Shown: positions 1 through 12,800 of the stretch, in pieces | How positions within the stretch are numbered: the first letter of the stretch is position 1 | How the letters are laid out: the number at the start of each line of letters is the position of its first letter | NCBI GenBank assembly: GCA_976551045.1 | Contig: CDPCPM010000367.1 | Location: 4,712,001-4,776,000 of the forward strand | DNA length: 64,000 nt | Source of the DNA: Glaucostegus cemiculus | Taxonomy: Eukaryota | Direction: 5' to 3' | Program-made: the position numbers and the translations under genes | The notes under the pieces: generated by a model | Seen by the model: only the letters and a program-made list of their open reading frames with translations | What the model was told of the DNA's origin: nothing | Database searches by the model: none

Positions 1-285
1 TCCTCTCAGATTCCATTTTCAGCTCTTTGTTACTTCCACTCATCATCTCCCGGCTTCTGGTGCTATTTCCACTCTCCACTCCTACATCTGCCTATCACCC
101 TTGCTCATTTGGTCTACCTGTCGCCTGCTAACTCCTGCCCCATCCCTTCCCACCACCCTTTTATACTGGCTACCTCTCCTCTATTTGTCCAGATGAAGGG
201 TCTTGACCTGAAACATAGCTGTCCATTTCCCTCCAAATATGCTGCCTGACCCCCTGAGTTTCTCTAGCTTTCTCTGTGTTGTTTA
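1..285 (+). mobile_element. Penelope-like 3' terminal fragment
   Basis: Pyrimidine-rich UTR, hammerhead-like motif at 187-221, and GCTGCCTGACCCCCTGAGTT terminal repeat; reverse-complement similarity to 2062-2330. Confidence 0.65.
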
Positions 286-2053
286 AAAAGCACATGTACA
301 TGGTACAGAAAGACAGAATTACATTTGTGTATAAAGGCCAAGTTTTCTAGAATAAAAATGTTGGACTAAGTTGAAATATTGTATTAGTTTCTGGGCATTG
401 TAGTTTAGGAAGGATGTCTTGGAGAGAATTTGGATGAGATTTACTAAAATGATACTCAATAAGCAGCATCAGTCATGTGAAGGTACAAACAAATCTGTTT
501 CTCTATTAAAGCAGATGGAGCAAAGCAAATATTTAATGGAGGTGTTCATTCTGATGAGGCTGGCTAGAATAATTCAGGAGAAACTTTAAAAAAAAAATTA
601 GCAGATGAATCAGTAACAAAAGGATATTGTTTTAAATTACAAAGCTTGAAGGAAGAGAGATGAGTAATTTTTAAGCTGCCAGTTGTAATGGTCTGGATGC
701 ATCACAAAAATAATTCAAGGAGGTTTCATGGTAATTAAAGGGGAATTGGATATCATTGAAAAAGGAGACTTGAGAGCTATAAGGGAAGAGCAGAGCTTGG
801 TGTTCAGTTGAAGACTTGACACAAATGTGGAAAAATGGCTCTTGTATACTGTTTGATTTTTATAATATTCATACATTAGGCTGTATGAATAGCTGGTGTT
901 ATTTCTGCATTTTATCTACTTATGACTGTGAAAGGATGGATCTTGAAGTTGGAGGTGAAAAACTAACAGGGTAAAGTAATATTTGCTCTGAAATAAGTAG
1001 CTCCTAGTCAGTAAAGCAATGGAAAGTTGTTTCATTCGTAGCAGTGAAATCTTTAACTAAAGAAGGACCTGCATTTCTGGTATCCAAGCTGATTGCTGTG
1101 CAGTTCTCATTTAATTTGTAGTACAGTTTGTATTAAAATATTCTTTAAGGCATTTTCAGACACTTTGCCCAGCTGCATCTCATTGCTTTAGTTTAGATGC
1201 ATTTTTGTACATCTGACCAGAAATGTTAAAATATTTAACTGTACTTGTGGGATTCAAGGCACATTTTCCAGTTATTAATTTGCAGCTGTGGATCATTGGT
1301 GCAAAACCTAATTTTATGCAAAACCTAACCTTATCTAATTTTAGTTATAAGTACTTCTAACAGGTAGGAATTTACAGTACATAAGAGGAAATAAAACATG
1401 ATTTGTGCACCTTAAGTGTCTGTTTTATATTCGCTGCTAAGAATCTTCTGCAGACTGTAACTTTGTTGTGTTGGAAAGTAGTTCTTTTATGTGTTTCTGC
1501 ATCTCTTTTGGCTTTTACTCTTTTCCATGAAGTCTTCCTTTTCTTCTCGCCTACTAAACTCCAGTTGTACTTTGGTTTATTTCAAGATTTTTTTTTAAAA
1601 AGTGCAAGTGGACTTGCTAAATGGGTTCAGATAACATTTATTTTAATCAGATTTCAGTGGGGCCTCCGATGCAGTAAATTAAGGGAGCAGGAGGTCAGAA
1701 AGCAACCTCTGGATGTAGCTTATAATGTCTAAACCAGGATTGAAAGGAAATCTACAGATGATTCAAAATGGCTGTGACGAAAGGAGTTTTTTTTTTGACT
1801 TAAAAAAATGAGGGGAGACAAAAGGAGTAGCAGTTTGGAGTGTTCACAGCTGTTAGAGAATTCTATTATATGTGCCTGTTTGAATGTGGCACTGAACAAA
1901 AAGGATGGGAGATATTGGGCCAAATGGTGTCAAGTATTAGGCAGCAGTTCTACAGTGAACCACCAAGTTAACATGGTTTCATGAAAAGTAAATCATGTTT
2001 GACAAATTTTCTTGAGTTTTTCTGAGGGTGTGATAGAGTAGATAAAAAGGAGC

Positions 2054-3500
2054 AAAAAACAAACTGCTATAAGCATTCAGTAGGTCAAGCAGCATCTGTG
2101 GAGGGAAATGGGCAGGCAATGTTTTGGGTGGAGATCCTTAATCTGGACTGGAAGGTGGGGGGAGAGGGCCAGTATAAAGAGGTGAGTGAAAGGTGTGGAG
2201 CAGGAGCTGGCAAGTGGTAGGTGGATCCAGGTGAGAAGAAGTGATAGGCAGATGGAGGAGGGAAGAGTGGAAATAACAGAGGCTGGGAGGTGATAGGTGG
2301 AGCAACAAAGGTCTGCAGGTGATAGAATCTCATAGGAAAGGAAGGTGGAGCATGAAACTGAATAAGAGAGGTGGGGGGGGGTGGGCAAATGGGAACAGTG
2401 GGGGACCCAGTGGGAAGTGTATGTGGGTGATGGCCAGATGGAGTGGGTGGAGGAGGGGAAAGAAATAGGGGGTGGGGTGGATGTAGGGAGAACTAGGTAC
2501 GTCAGGAGGAGAATAAAAGAAAGGACATAAGTGGAGCAGTTTACCCAAAACTGGAGAATTCCATGTTCATGCCCTTGGGTTGTAGGCTGCTTTGGTGGAA
2601 TATGAGGTGCTGTTCCTTTAGTTTACATTTAGCCTCACCCTGGCAGTAGAGGAGGCCAAGGACACAGGTTGGTGGGGGAATTGGGAGGTGAATTAAAATG
2701 GCTAGGAACTGGGAGTTCCAGATGTCCATGTCGGATGGAATGCTGGTGCCTAGCAAAGCGGCAGTCTAGTCTGCGCTTGGCCTCCCTGACATAGAGGAGG
2801 CCACATCAAGAGCACTAAATTCAATAAACAATAGGTTGGAGGAGGTGTATGTGAATCTCTACCTCACCTGCCAGGGCTGTTTAGGGCCCTGGATGGTGGT
2901 GAGGGAGGAGATGTAGGAACATGTGTTACACATTCTACCTTGTGCAACCTTGCACCTTATTGCACTGCACTTTCTCTGTAGCTGTGACACTTTATTCTAT
3001 ACTATTACTATTTTTACTGTACTACAGTGCACTTTGTACTAACTATGTAACTGCACTGTGTAATGAATTGACCTGTACGATCAGTTTGTAAGACGAGCTT
3101 TTCACTGTACCTCAGTACAAGTGACAATAATAAACCAATACCAATACACCATCTCCTACAGTTGCAGTGGAAAGTGCCTGGGGAGGGATGAGCAAACCAG
3201 GGAGCCATGGAGAGAGTGGTCTCTGGAAAGCAGGGGGTGGGGAGGGGAAGATATGGCTGGTAGTGGGATTACGTTGTAGCTGGCAGAAGTCCCAAAGAAT
3301 GATGTGCTGGATGTATAGGCTGGTAGGGTGAAAGGTAAGAACCAAAGGAATTCTATCCCTGTTCTGTCTGGGGGGGAAGTGGGGAGATAGCAGAAATGCA
3401 GGAAATAGATGCAGGTGAGGGCTCCATCAACCACAGTGGTGGAGAAGTAGTCTCCTGAAAAAGGACATATCAGATGTCCTGGCGTGGAAGGCCTCAATCT
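2054..3500 (-). mobile_element. Penelope-like element remnant (GIY-YIG C-terminus + pLTR)
   Basis: Decayed VLGLLYCQGEAKCKLKEQHLIF..LQPKGMNMEFS (GIY-YIG end), purine-rich UTR, hammerhead-like motif at 2113-2150 and a GATGCTGCTTGACCTACTGA-type terminal repeat. Confidence 0.75.
2935..3147 (+). mobile_element. ~215-bp retroposon (LINE 3'-end/SINE-like, (CCAATA)n tail), copy A
   Basis: Reverse-complement match to 54978-55193; interrupts the Penelope-like remnant; ends AATAATAAACCAATACCAATAC. Confidence 0.75.
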
Positions 3501-3504
3501 CGAG

Positions 3505-4650
3505 AACAGATAGAAGGGAGCCTGTAGATGTGGTGTATTTGGAGATCCCAAAAGGCATTTGACAAGGTGCCACATAAGAGGCTGGTGCACGTTGAGAGCT
3601 CTTGGTATTGGAGGAAGTTTGCTGGCATGGTTAAAAACTGGTTGTCATAGAAAACAGTTGGAATAAATGGGCTATTTTTGGATGGGAAGGATGTAGCCTC
3701 AGGCATCAGTTCTTGGCCTTTAATTGTGCACTGTTTATATTAGTGATTTGGAGAAGGGGGCAGAATGTAATACATCCAAATTTGCTGCTGACACAAAAAT
3801 GAATGGGAGAGCATGTTGTGATGGGGTTTTTGCGACTTGACTTGATCTATATCAGATTAAGTGAAAGCTTCGCAAATGATGCTTAACGTGGGAAAGTGTG
3901 AGGTCGTGTATTTCGGTAAGAGGAGTCAAAAGGCAGATTATTACCTAAGTGGAAAGAGTGAAGGACAGAGGGATCTAGGTGTTCTTGTGCATGGAATCAC
4001 AAAATGTGCACACAGGTGCAGCAAGTAGTTAAGACAAATGGTACATTGGCCCTTATTGCAAAGGGGTGGGAGTTTAGAAATGGGAAAATTTTTGCCCCAT
4101 TGTATAAGGTGTTGATGAGGTTCCATCTAGAGGTACTGTGCATGGTTTTGATCCTCTTGCCTAAGAAAAGATGGCACAATTGGTGGCAGTCCAAAGGAGA
4201 TTCATCAAGCTTAATTCCTGGGATAAGAGGAGTGTCCAATTAAGAGACACTAAGCAAGTTGTGTTCTTTGGTGTGTAATAGAATGAGGAATGATCTCTTT
4301 GAAATATAAGATCCCCAGGTGGAATGACAGCATAGATACAGATGTCTTCACTAGCGGAAGAGTCTCAAGCAAGGGGCCATATCTTGAAGATAAGAGGTTG
4401 GTCATGTAAATCAGAGGTATGTAAAAATTCCATCTTGCAGAGACTAAAAATATCTCTGAAATTCTGTACCTCCAGCAGGTTGTGGAGAGTAGATCATTAG
4501 AAGTATTTAAAGTGGAAAGGGGTAAATGTTGAGAGCTATATCTGACACAAAGGAGTTCAGGTCTGGGGTACATCAACCATGTCAAATTGAATGATGGGGC
4601 AGGCTTGAAGGGCCAAGTGGCCTACTCGTGCTCCTGTTTCTTGTTCTTGT
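3505..4650 (+). mobile_element. CR1 LINE 3' fragment (upstream piece at ~1975-2053)
   Basis: Decayed RT motifs (GATGTGGTGTATTTG..AAGGCATTTGACAAGGTGCCACAT = DVVYL.KAFDKVPH; TCCAAATTTGCTGCTGACACAAAA = SKFAADTK) and a CR1 3' end (GGCCAAGTGGCCTACTCGTGCTCCTG). Confidence 0.75.
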
Positions 4651-5841
4651 GTAGTTGTCAGTTGCAGGTCAGCTTGTTCCTCATTCCATTGTCTGCACGT
4701 TGCACTGCAGAAGTCAGTAACAAGCTGGTAGTTGGATGCTAGTGCAACTGACTTCTCCTGTTGCCACTGGACTTGTCCAGAGCATGCATGTCCTGAGCTG
4801 AGGTGCTAGATGGACTTTGCATCTAGCCCCCTGGTTTTGCCATGCTTTGGGTAGCATACCCCATTTGTTTGAAAGAGCTTATTAACCTTGAGCGAAGAGG
4901 TAAGTGTAGGTAAGTTTTCTATTTATTTTGCTTGATCCTGATGACTTTAATTGTTTCCTGTCATTTAAGCATGTTATTAAGTAAACTTAATATTTAAATT
5001 ACTTAAAACCTTTGGAACTATTTTTAAATAACTCTAATCATTAAACTTCTATAAAAGCAAATTTAAAACCTTTGACACTGAGCTATTAAAGAGATATTGG
5101 AGCAGTTACCTCAAGATCTGCTGCCTGAGGCAGTCATTGTGCATGAAAAGCTCCGTTTTGCATGATTTCTATGACAGTGAGATCTGGAGCTTGAGTAGGG
5201 TAGTAAAATGCAAGTGTGGCCAGGGGAACAGTGCAGGTGATGGGTCCAATAGAGAAAGTAGGGCCCATTCTGATTTAACTGAGAAAAGCAACTTATAGTG
5301 CAAAGTTTTTACTAATTTTAAACCTTAATACCATTTGTGTTGCTGGTGTATATTTCAGTACATTTAAAAGCATAAAATTGATCTTCCTGTGTTGTATATG
5401 CCATTCATATCTGCTTCTCCAGTGTAATGTTGCTTGGGTTAAATAAGCTAGTACCCAAGTTATCCTTCAAGGTAGAAGATCATTTTTCTAAGAAGTGATT
5501 GGAAATTATTTAGCCAGTCTGTATATTGCTTTTAACTGTTGAGCATTTTTACAATGATCAATCTTATATGAAATCCTGAGCATGTAGGACAATTGAGGAA
5601 AGACTTGGCACTGTGTGTTGAGTTCCCTTGTGGATGCATAATCTGGCAGGTTATTAGTTAATGAACGTTTTGATTTTGGGATTATTTTGGAACATTAATG
5701 TTCCATTTTGTTTGGATCTTATCACTGTTGTAGCTACAGAAGTGGTTGAAAAGATTTATTGAATATTGTTGGGTTATTGTTTGACAGTTGCACAAGCCAT
5801 ATAAAATTTAAGAATCTAATTCATGTTGCTTAAAATACCAG

Positions 5842-5991
5842 CATTCCTTCGGATCAATGGATTATGAAAGTCTCCAGAAAGAGCTTGCACTTAATGGGAC
5901 TCTATGGAAAAAAGTATCAACTGAACCAAATGAGGAGGACTCTTCCACTACCATTGTATATAGAATGCAAGGTCCTGCTGTAAGAAACTAA
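5842..5991 (+). CDS. GLS: Glutaminase, GAC-isoform-specific terminal exon (human exon 15 equivalent), coding part
   Basis: After AG at 5840-5841 it reads phase 0 HSFGSMDYESLQKELALNGTLWKKVSTEPNEEDSSTTIVYRMQGPAVRN*, matching the human GAC tail HSFGPLDYESLQQELALKETVWKKVSPESNEDISTTVVYRMESLGEKS. Too short for the ORF track. Confidence 0.95.
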   Translation, partial: HSFGSMDYESLQKELALNGTLWKKVSTEPNEEDSSTTIVYRMQGPAVRN

Positions 5992-8900
5992 AGCAGTTGG
6001 ACTTGATTCATGTTTTTGCTGCTCTTGAAGATTTATGGTTGATTCTGATGTGATTGTTTGTATGCACAAATTTATCATATTAGCACTTTTGAGAAAGCTA
6101 ATATATATTTTGCTTTTATTGTTTCTTGTAAAGAGGAATAAATAAGTTTGCTCTTATGTTATGAGCTTTCAAGGCATCACTCCCAAACATTATTTTGCAT
6201 GCAAGTCCTTTATTAAATACTACAGTGCACCATTTTCTGCTCTTACTGCATTGTCTAGCTTGGGATTGCTCTCACATATAATTGGCATTTGATGATCTAG
6301 TTATGATAAGAAGCTCATGGAGTTGGGCCCTTCAGCTCACTGTGTTTATGCTGGCTATCGAGTACCTGTCTATACTAATCCTATCTTCTATCACTGAGCC
6401 TGTAATCTTCTATGGCGTGTGTCAAGTGCTCGTCTAATACTCAAATGTTGTGAGAATATCTGTCTCCATGATCCCTGTGATGGTCTCCTTCACAGCCCTA
6501 CTCAGTTACTCTGAAGTTCTTAGGATTTGGTCTTGATTACTTGATTCCTCCTTTACTTACTGTCCTGTAGCCAAATCATCCAAATACATAATGTTTTTGA
6601 AAATTTGTTCTCTCACACCATTACTACCTTTTAATTCCTCTGCTAGATTTAAATGTATATTTCTGTAAACCAAAATTCCACTAATTAGGTACTTTGAAAA
6701 GCAAAGTCTTTGCTATCACCTTTAGAATTTGCTTCATGACCACTGACTCCATCCTCCCTGCTGTTACCTTGAGCTGAAACAGATTACTCAGCTCTTGCTG
6801 TCTAATATTGACTCTGTGCCAACTTACAATTGATATTCACCTCTTCCATGACATCATGCAGATCTATCTTAGCCTTGGTTTTGCTGCTGAAAACTTCCTG
6901 TTAATCTCAGGCTTGACAATTTCAATAAGTTCTTCCTTGGCATCCCAACTCCAATCCATTATAGACATGATCCCATCAGAATTTTACTGCCCATGTTATA
7001 ACAGCAAAGCTTGCTGGCCCATCACCTCTATACTCAGTAACTACATTGGTTCTGAGTTCTTCAACACCACATCATGGTCTTGCCCCCTTACTCTCTGCTT
7101 ACTGTTGACAATCCTGAATTTGCTGCACTGAATTCTTAAGCACTTACCATCCTCTGGTACATTGTATGCACCTGATTGGACTTTGAGTACACCAGTTCTT
7201 CCCCCTAACCTTCTGCTTTTTCCATTCTCTTCTTTTTAGATCCTCTGGTTCTAATTTTGGACTTCAGTCATCCATTCTAAAATCTCATTCCTTTGCTTAG
7301 TGTTCTTGTCTGTTTATGCTGCTTTACTTTGCCTTGGGATATATCCCTGTATTAGTGTGGAGAAAAATGCTTGATACTTTTGGCTTATTGGCACACTTGT
7401 CTGTAAAGGTGTGTTATGGCAGGGAGAGGGAAGGCAAAAATTTGAGGGGGGCTTCACAATTGATCTTTCTTTTAGGTGGATATTTTTTTCCTTCAATCAA
7501 CCTTCCTTTCCTAGCCTACCTAGAATGTTAATTTTGACTGTTTCCTCCTGTAACTGGAAAAATGAGTTGGGGCCATCCTTGTTTCAATAGTGTAAGGGAA
7601 AGACCCAAGTGGGAATGGATTCTGCTTAGAGCAACATTCCATGATTGAGCAAATAGAGCTTTGTGGTAGTAGTGGTGGGCATTGTTGCATTTGTATTTCA
7701 CACTTATCCTTGCCTGTAAAGACAACTGAATAGGTTACAGGGGGAGAGTTGACTTTGATATGTCTAATCTTTGCAGGCTGGATATCATTTTGTTAGAGAT
7801 AAGTTTGGCTTGAAGCTATTGCGATAATATTGGAAACGGACATTGGTGAATACTGAACTCTAGAGTTTTAATGTACAGTTTAATCAACAAATGGCACAAA
7901 TTCCTGTGGCTAAAATTTAAGACTTATTGGGAACAGTGGATAGTGTTACATTTAAGTGTTACTAAGATGTTTTCAGTCAAGCTACAAAATTAAAATTATC
8001 AGGAAGTATTTATTATGAAAAGATTTGCTACTAGCTCTAATGAGGCTGTCATCACTGCTGCTTGTCCTCTGGATTTTTACTTCTGTGGCTGGCAGATGCT
8101 CTGAATTAAATCAGTTGTATTATACTTATGAGTATTGTCTACACTTGTCATATTACTAGGTGTTGTCATATTACTAGCCGTGTTTGGCTGCGCAAGAACA
8201 AAAATTAAGGAAATCAGCAAATGACTTCACAACTTAAGATTTTTTGATGGAAGTTAACATATTATAGTGGCAGTAATTGCAAATTGGCATGAAATATTTG
8301 ATTAGTCCAGATGGATAAAATTCACTGGAGCTCCGATTTTAGAATTAACTGAACTAGTAAATCTTAGAATTTTTAGAGCTGCCTTTTTTTATAGATGGGC
8401 GTTTTGGATGAAATGTTGGTAATGGACTGTTGCACATTTTATGCTTCAGCGATCTGGGATTGAATTATTTACAGTAGAATTTCCAAGCAGTCATGATGTA
8501 ATAAATAGTGGAACAGGCTTCAGGGCTGGATAACACAATTCTGCTTCTTTAATTTTGTTTATCTTTTGGTGCTTAGATCAAGGTTGATTTCAGTTTGATC
8601 AAATAGTGTTGTGCTCAATATTGTCACCTTGGGGAGTACACCAAAAAGTAGTATTATAGTTGCCTTTTTCTGATTTTTTTTCAAATTGGAAAAATGTGTA
8701 CTTTTCTGTTTTTTTTTATTGTTAAGGACTTGATATAAATAATGAGTAATCAAAGCATTACTCTCTGGGTTAGGATAGAAAATTAATAGAATTTCTGCTT
8801 TCTTGAAGTTTTCACAAATTTGCTGTCTGATTTGCTAGTACCTAAATGTCAGTATTCTGTTTCTGAAATTGATAAAAATGTTGCTTTATATACACAATGT

Positions 8901-9803
8901 CTATGTTTGCAGTATAGTCTAGTATACCAAAGACTACAAATTTCCCATATATTTTGAGCATGTGTAATTGAATTAAAACTTTAAGCTCATCACCTTGTAT
9001 GAAAGCATCCCAGTACAGATTTTAGGATGTCAGGCTACAAGTCTAGGAAATTAACATCTAGATTTATTAGGAGAAAGGAAGAAATTGGAATACTAATAGT
9101 ACATAAATTGTTTGACATTTATTATCTCACTGGAAGACTTCATGTTTTAAGGTGTTGAATTGCAGCTTGATTGGCTTAAGTAGGCAATGCATCAGATTTA
9201 TTTGCAAGAGGAAATGTGTGCAATTTATCTTATTCCATAATTGCATATTCCAGAAAAAGTGTATGGTGTAAAGCCTCAACTGTGGTGTAGTTCATCACGT
9301 ATGCTATTATTCTTTTGTTCCAGTTTAAACCATGTTGCTTGCAAATCTTGAGTTTGTTATCAATTTTTACATTGGCGTTGTGAATGTGGAACACTGAATG
9401 TTTATTCATCAGTTTTTTCATGTTATCTGAATGGTTGCACTTTCAGCACAAGTACTTGCTAATATTTGTAACATCAAAATGCACTGCTACTGTTGTGCTG
9501 CAAAACAGGTGATGCAGTGGCAGTATTACATTGCTAATATCTTCATAGTCAATTTAAATGGCTCTTTAAAGATTTGGATCCTGTTAGATGTAGGGTAGAA
9601 ATAGAGGCTGTAGTTACAGAAAGTGTTAAAAGAATTAAAATATGTAAAATTTTAAAATGTCAATTTTGTATCATGTTAGGCTCTTAATGTTTTATACTTG
9701 TTGCATTTCTAGTATCATTGCCTTTTTTGTATTTTACTTGGCAGCAGTAACCAACTTTTGTTTTACACTTTGCTTCATAATACTTTGCATTTATTTTGTA
9801 TTT

Positions 9804-9809
9804 AATAAA
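9804..9809 (+). terminator. GLS: Candidate distal poly(A) signal of the GAC isoform
   Basis: AATAAA preceded by several TGTA (CFIm-type) motifs and a U-rich tract, and followed by GU-rich 'tttgttgttgtgtat'. Alternative AATAAA hexamers lie at 6137 and 8500. Confidence 0.5.
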
Positions 9810-12800
9810 ACTGTTTTATCACACATTTGTTGTTGTGTATATATTTGCAGACAAATTGATTAAAATGGTTAATTGTAGGCTAATACTAACTAGTTTGCAT
9901 ATAAATTTTTAACATGGCTAAATGTATCTAAGCACATTGTGAAAATTGCCATTGTGCACTGGTAGAGTTACAAATGACCATCTTGGTGAATGGAATTGCC
10001 TTGGAGACTTTGGAGGAGAAGACATGGGAAGTCAGACTTTGCAAGTGAAATTCTGTGCTGCTAAAATGGCTAAAGGCTTTGCCATAAAGATAAAATTCTG
10101 CAAAGGCCTGAAATGAAATTTTGAAGAGGGCTCCCCCACTAAATATTTAAATATATGTAGTGCAGTCATAACTCATTTAATGTTGAACTGTCATTAACAA
10201 GGTTTCAAAACACTTATTGCAAATGCTTGTGCAGCAAGATGATTAAAATTGATGATTAAGAGCTTGGGTTACAATTCCAAAAACAAAATGTCATTTGCAC
10301 ATTGTGAATCATGCTTTCAAGTGCCTTTAAATTCATTTCTAGTGCAGTGTCATCATTTTTGATGAGATTTTCATGCTAACCAGTACTATTTTTCTTGCAT
10401 CAAGCATGCCCGAATGAGGAGTAAATTGTAGAACAACACCAAAAGCCATTATTGTTGATATTTTCCCCTTGTCTGAGAAACCATAGTTTCTGTATACTCA
10501 GAAGAACCAGCTTTGAATGTTGAAGATGAAGTATATTAGCGTCATTCACACTAAACCTGCATTCACAGCCAAACTGCTACATTTCACTCTGCATACTCAC
10601 ATCATTTTGTAATGCTTGCATGAAGACTTGACCCTTCCTTGCATCATCAAACTTTTTGCTGTTGCCAAGGCTGATTTACAATACCTTTTTATGTCGATCT
10701 AACACTTTATTTTTGTGGATAACATGAGTGTGCAAAGATGCCTCTCAGTCTCTCACAAAGACCTTGTACAAGGGTTCATCGTCCAATACCTTACTATCTA
10801 TACTCTTTTGCTACACTCTGAGGAGCAGTGCCTTCAGGCTTTACTTTTACAAGTCTGAGACATAGCAAAGCCTTAACATCCTCGAGTGATTACACTACTC
10901 TCGGGCACAACTGCTCTTAACTTTCTAGCCTCTGGATCACTGCAAGGCATAGCTGCTAATAAGTGCTACATATCACAGTTTGCTGCGCACTGCCGCATCA
11001 AGGAGGGCATGGAATTCTCTCCCCTCCACAAACCCAGACTTCCTCAAGTCCATCGGTGTGCAAGAGCAAGAAAGACCTAGCATTTGTACTTGTTGTTATT
11101 GTAGACATTCCTCCATTTGCTGCATTTGTGTTCATTACTGCTCCTATTCAGGAAGTGTATTCTCTCAAAATGGACTTAACTAATGGTTGACCATTCTAAC
11201 TAATTTTGGGTTAACTGGTAGCTTGCTTTACTCGTTAGTCAAGGCTGAATATCATCTTCAGGGAGCTGCACTGGCTGATGGATGGATCTCCTGTTCATGG
11301 CTGATCACTCTGCTGCAAAACCATGAGATGGGCGATACTTCTAGCAGGAGCTTGATGGAACAATGATACTTAACATGATTTTGTTGTTTGTGGTCCACAT
11401 TTTTAAGCAGCCAGGGTACCTGTCTGTACTTGTCTGCTGTGCAATGCATAATTTGGCCAGCAGCCATTCCCTGCTAAGTTGAGCAAGGTGAGAGCTAGGA
11501 GAGACAGGGCACCAAGGAAGGAGGGAAAGGTTTCAACTGTATGGCTAAATCTGGTAGATGTGAGAAATGATCTACAGCTCTGCCATTTCATCTGAGACAC
11601 ATGAGAGTCCAATAACTGCTTTTTTTTTTAAACTGCACTATATAATGTCCAAGATTTCCAAAACCATATTAAGGAGACATGGTTAAATGTTTTAATACTG
11701 TGCTGAGGAATTCCTAGCCCAAATTGACCAGACTATGGAACAGTCTTTTCATAGTGCTTGTTCCTTGTGCTCTGCCTAATTCAATGAGCTATAAAGGAAC
11801 CTTTATTGCATTGCTTCATCAGATACAGTATTGCAGAGAAAAGATCTTTGGGTCATATAAGACTAAACAATATAAAACTTGCTTATCTGAGCTCTTGGTT
11901 CTGCCAAACTCCACAGTGCAAAATTCATTCATTGATTATTGAGTGAAATTTATTTTTGCTGCTCTTACGCTTCAATGGGACTTGAAAACAAATACAAACT
12001 GAAATTGTGGGATGAAATTCCTGGATTCAAGGGTAAAGGATAAAGTGCATTTAGCCAATTTAACCCCGCTTAGAGAAGGCCATTTCTTGATTATTTTACT
12101 TGTGGAAGGAAAAGGTTGTTCAAAGTCCATGTGGAAACAATTCAGTTTAGAGGGAAGTAAAATTATTCTAAACCTGAGTGCAGAATAATGTACATTGTGA
12201 ATCATTGCTTGCATCAAACATTGTGCAGTACTTGCTCCAGTTTCTTGATCACATCTTATCCTAGATTTTTTTTCTGTAAAGTTATGAAGCCAATGTTGAA
12301 CAATTCTTTGGATGAATGGTTTCATGATAACTCTTGCACTTAGTCATGGATAGACACAAACCAGTTTGTTTGTATTTGGATGCCTTTAGAGCTTTACTGA
12401 ATTTTCTTATGAACTATGTGATGTGATTTGCCAAATAATGTGAGCAGTGCTCTAGATAGAAGTTTCCTGGATTTAGTTTCTAAACATGCAGTAAACTTGT
12501 TCAAATAAAGTGAAGCAGCTGCTACAGATGTGGGAAAAATCTCAAGTTTGTGGTTTTAAAATTCCACTGTTGAAAGGGATAACTGCAAGCCTGAAAGAAT
12601 TGTTAATGGGAAACGTAATGAATTGGGAGGTTTTATAAAAGTTGTAGATGGAAATACCAGAATCATTGCCAGCAGGTGCGGCCCTGTGGCTATCACCTAA
12701 AATTATTGAACTGTTTTTGCCAGAAAGCCATAAATTGAAGAAGAAAAGTAGTATTCCTCAAATCTGAGCTTTGTTGAAAGAAATAGGAAGGTGAGGCCAG

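Noticed and set aside
1403-1732. 109-aa hydrophobic ORF and most other 60-140 aa ORFs in the track
   Set aside because: No recognisable family, often non-ATG starts, T-rich intronic composition, or antisense/decayed TE frames.
4897-4915. Two tandem strong donors GAG|GTAAGT and TAG|GTAAGT
   Set aside because: No matching GLS-coding frame upstream, and a similar sequence recurs near 16730-16760, suggesting an old repeat.
8145-8177. 15-bp direct repeat TTGTCATATTACTAG x2 (also a 19-bp tandem at 18918-18955)
   Set aside because: Simple local duplications of two units only; not CRISPR-like or otherwise structured.
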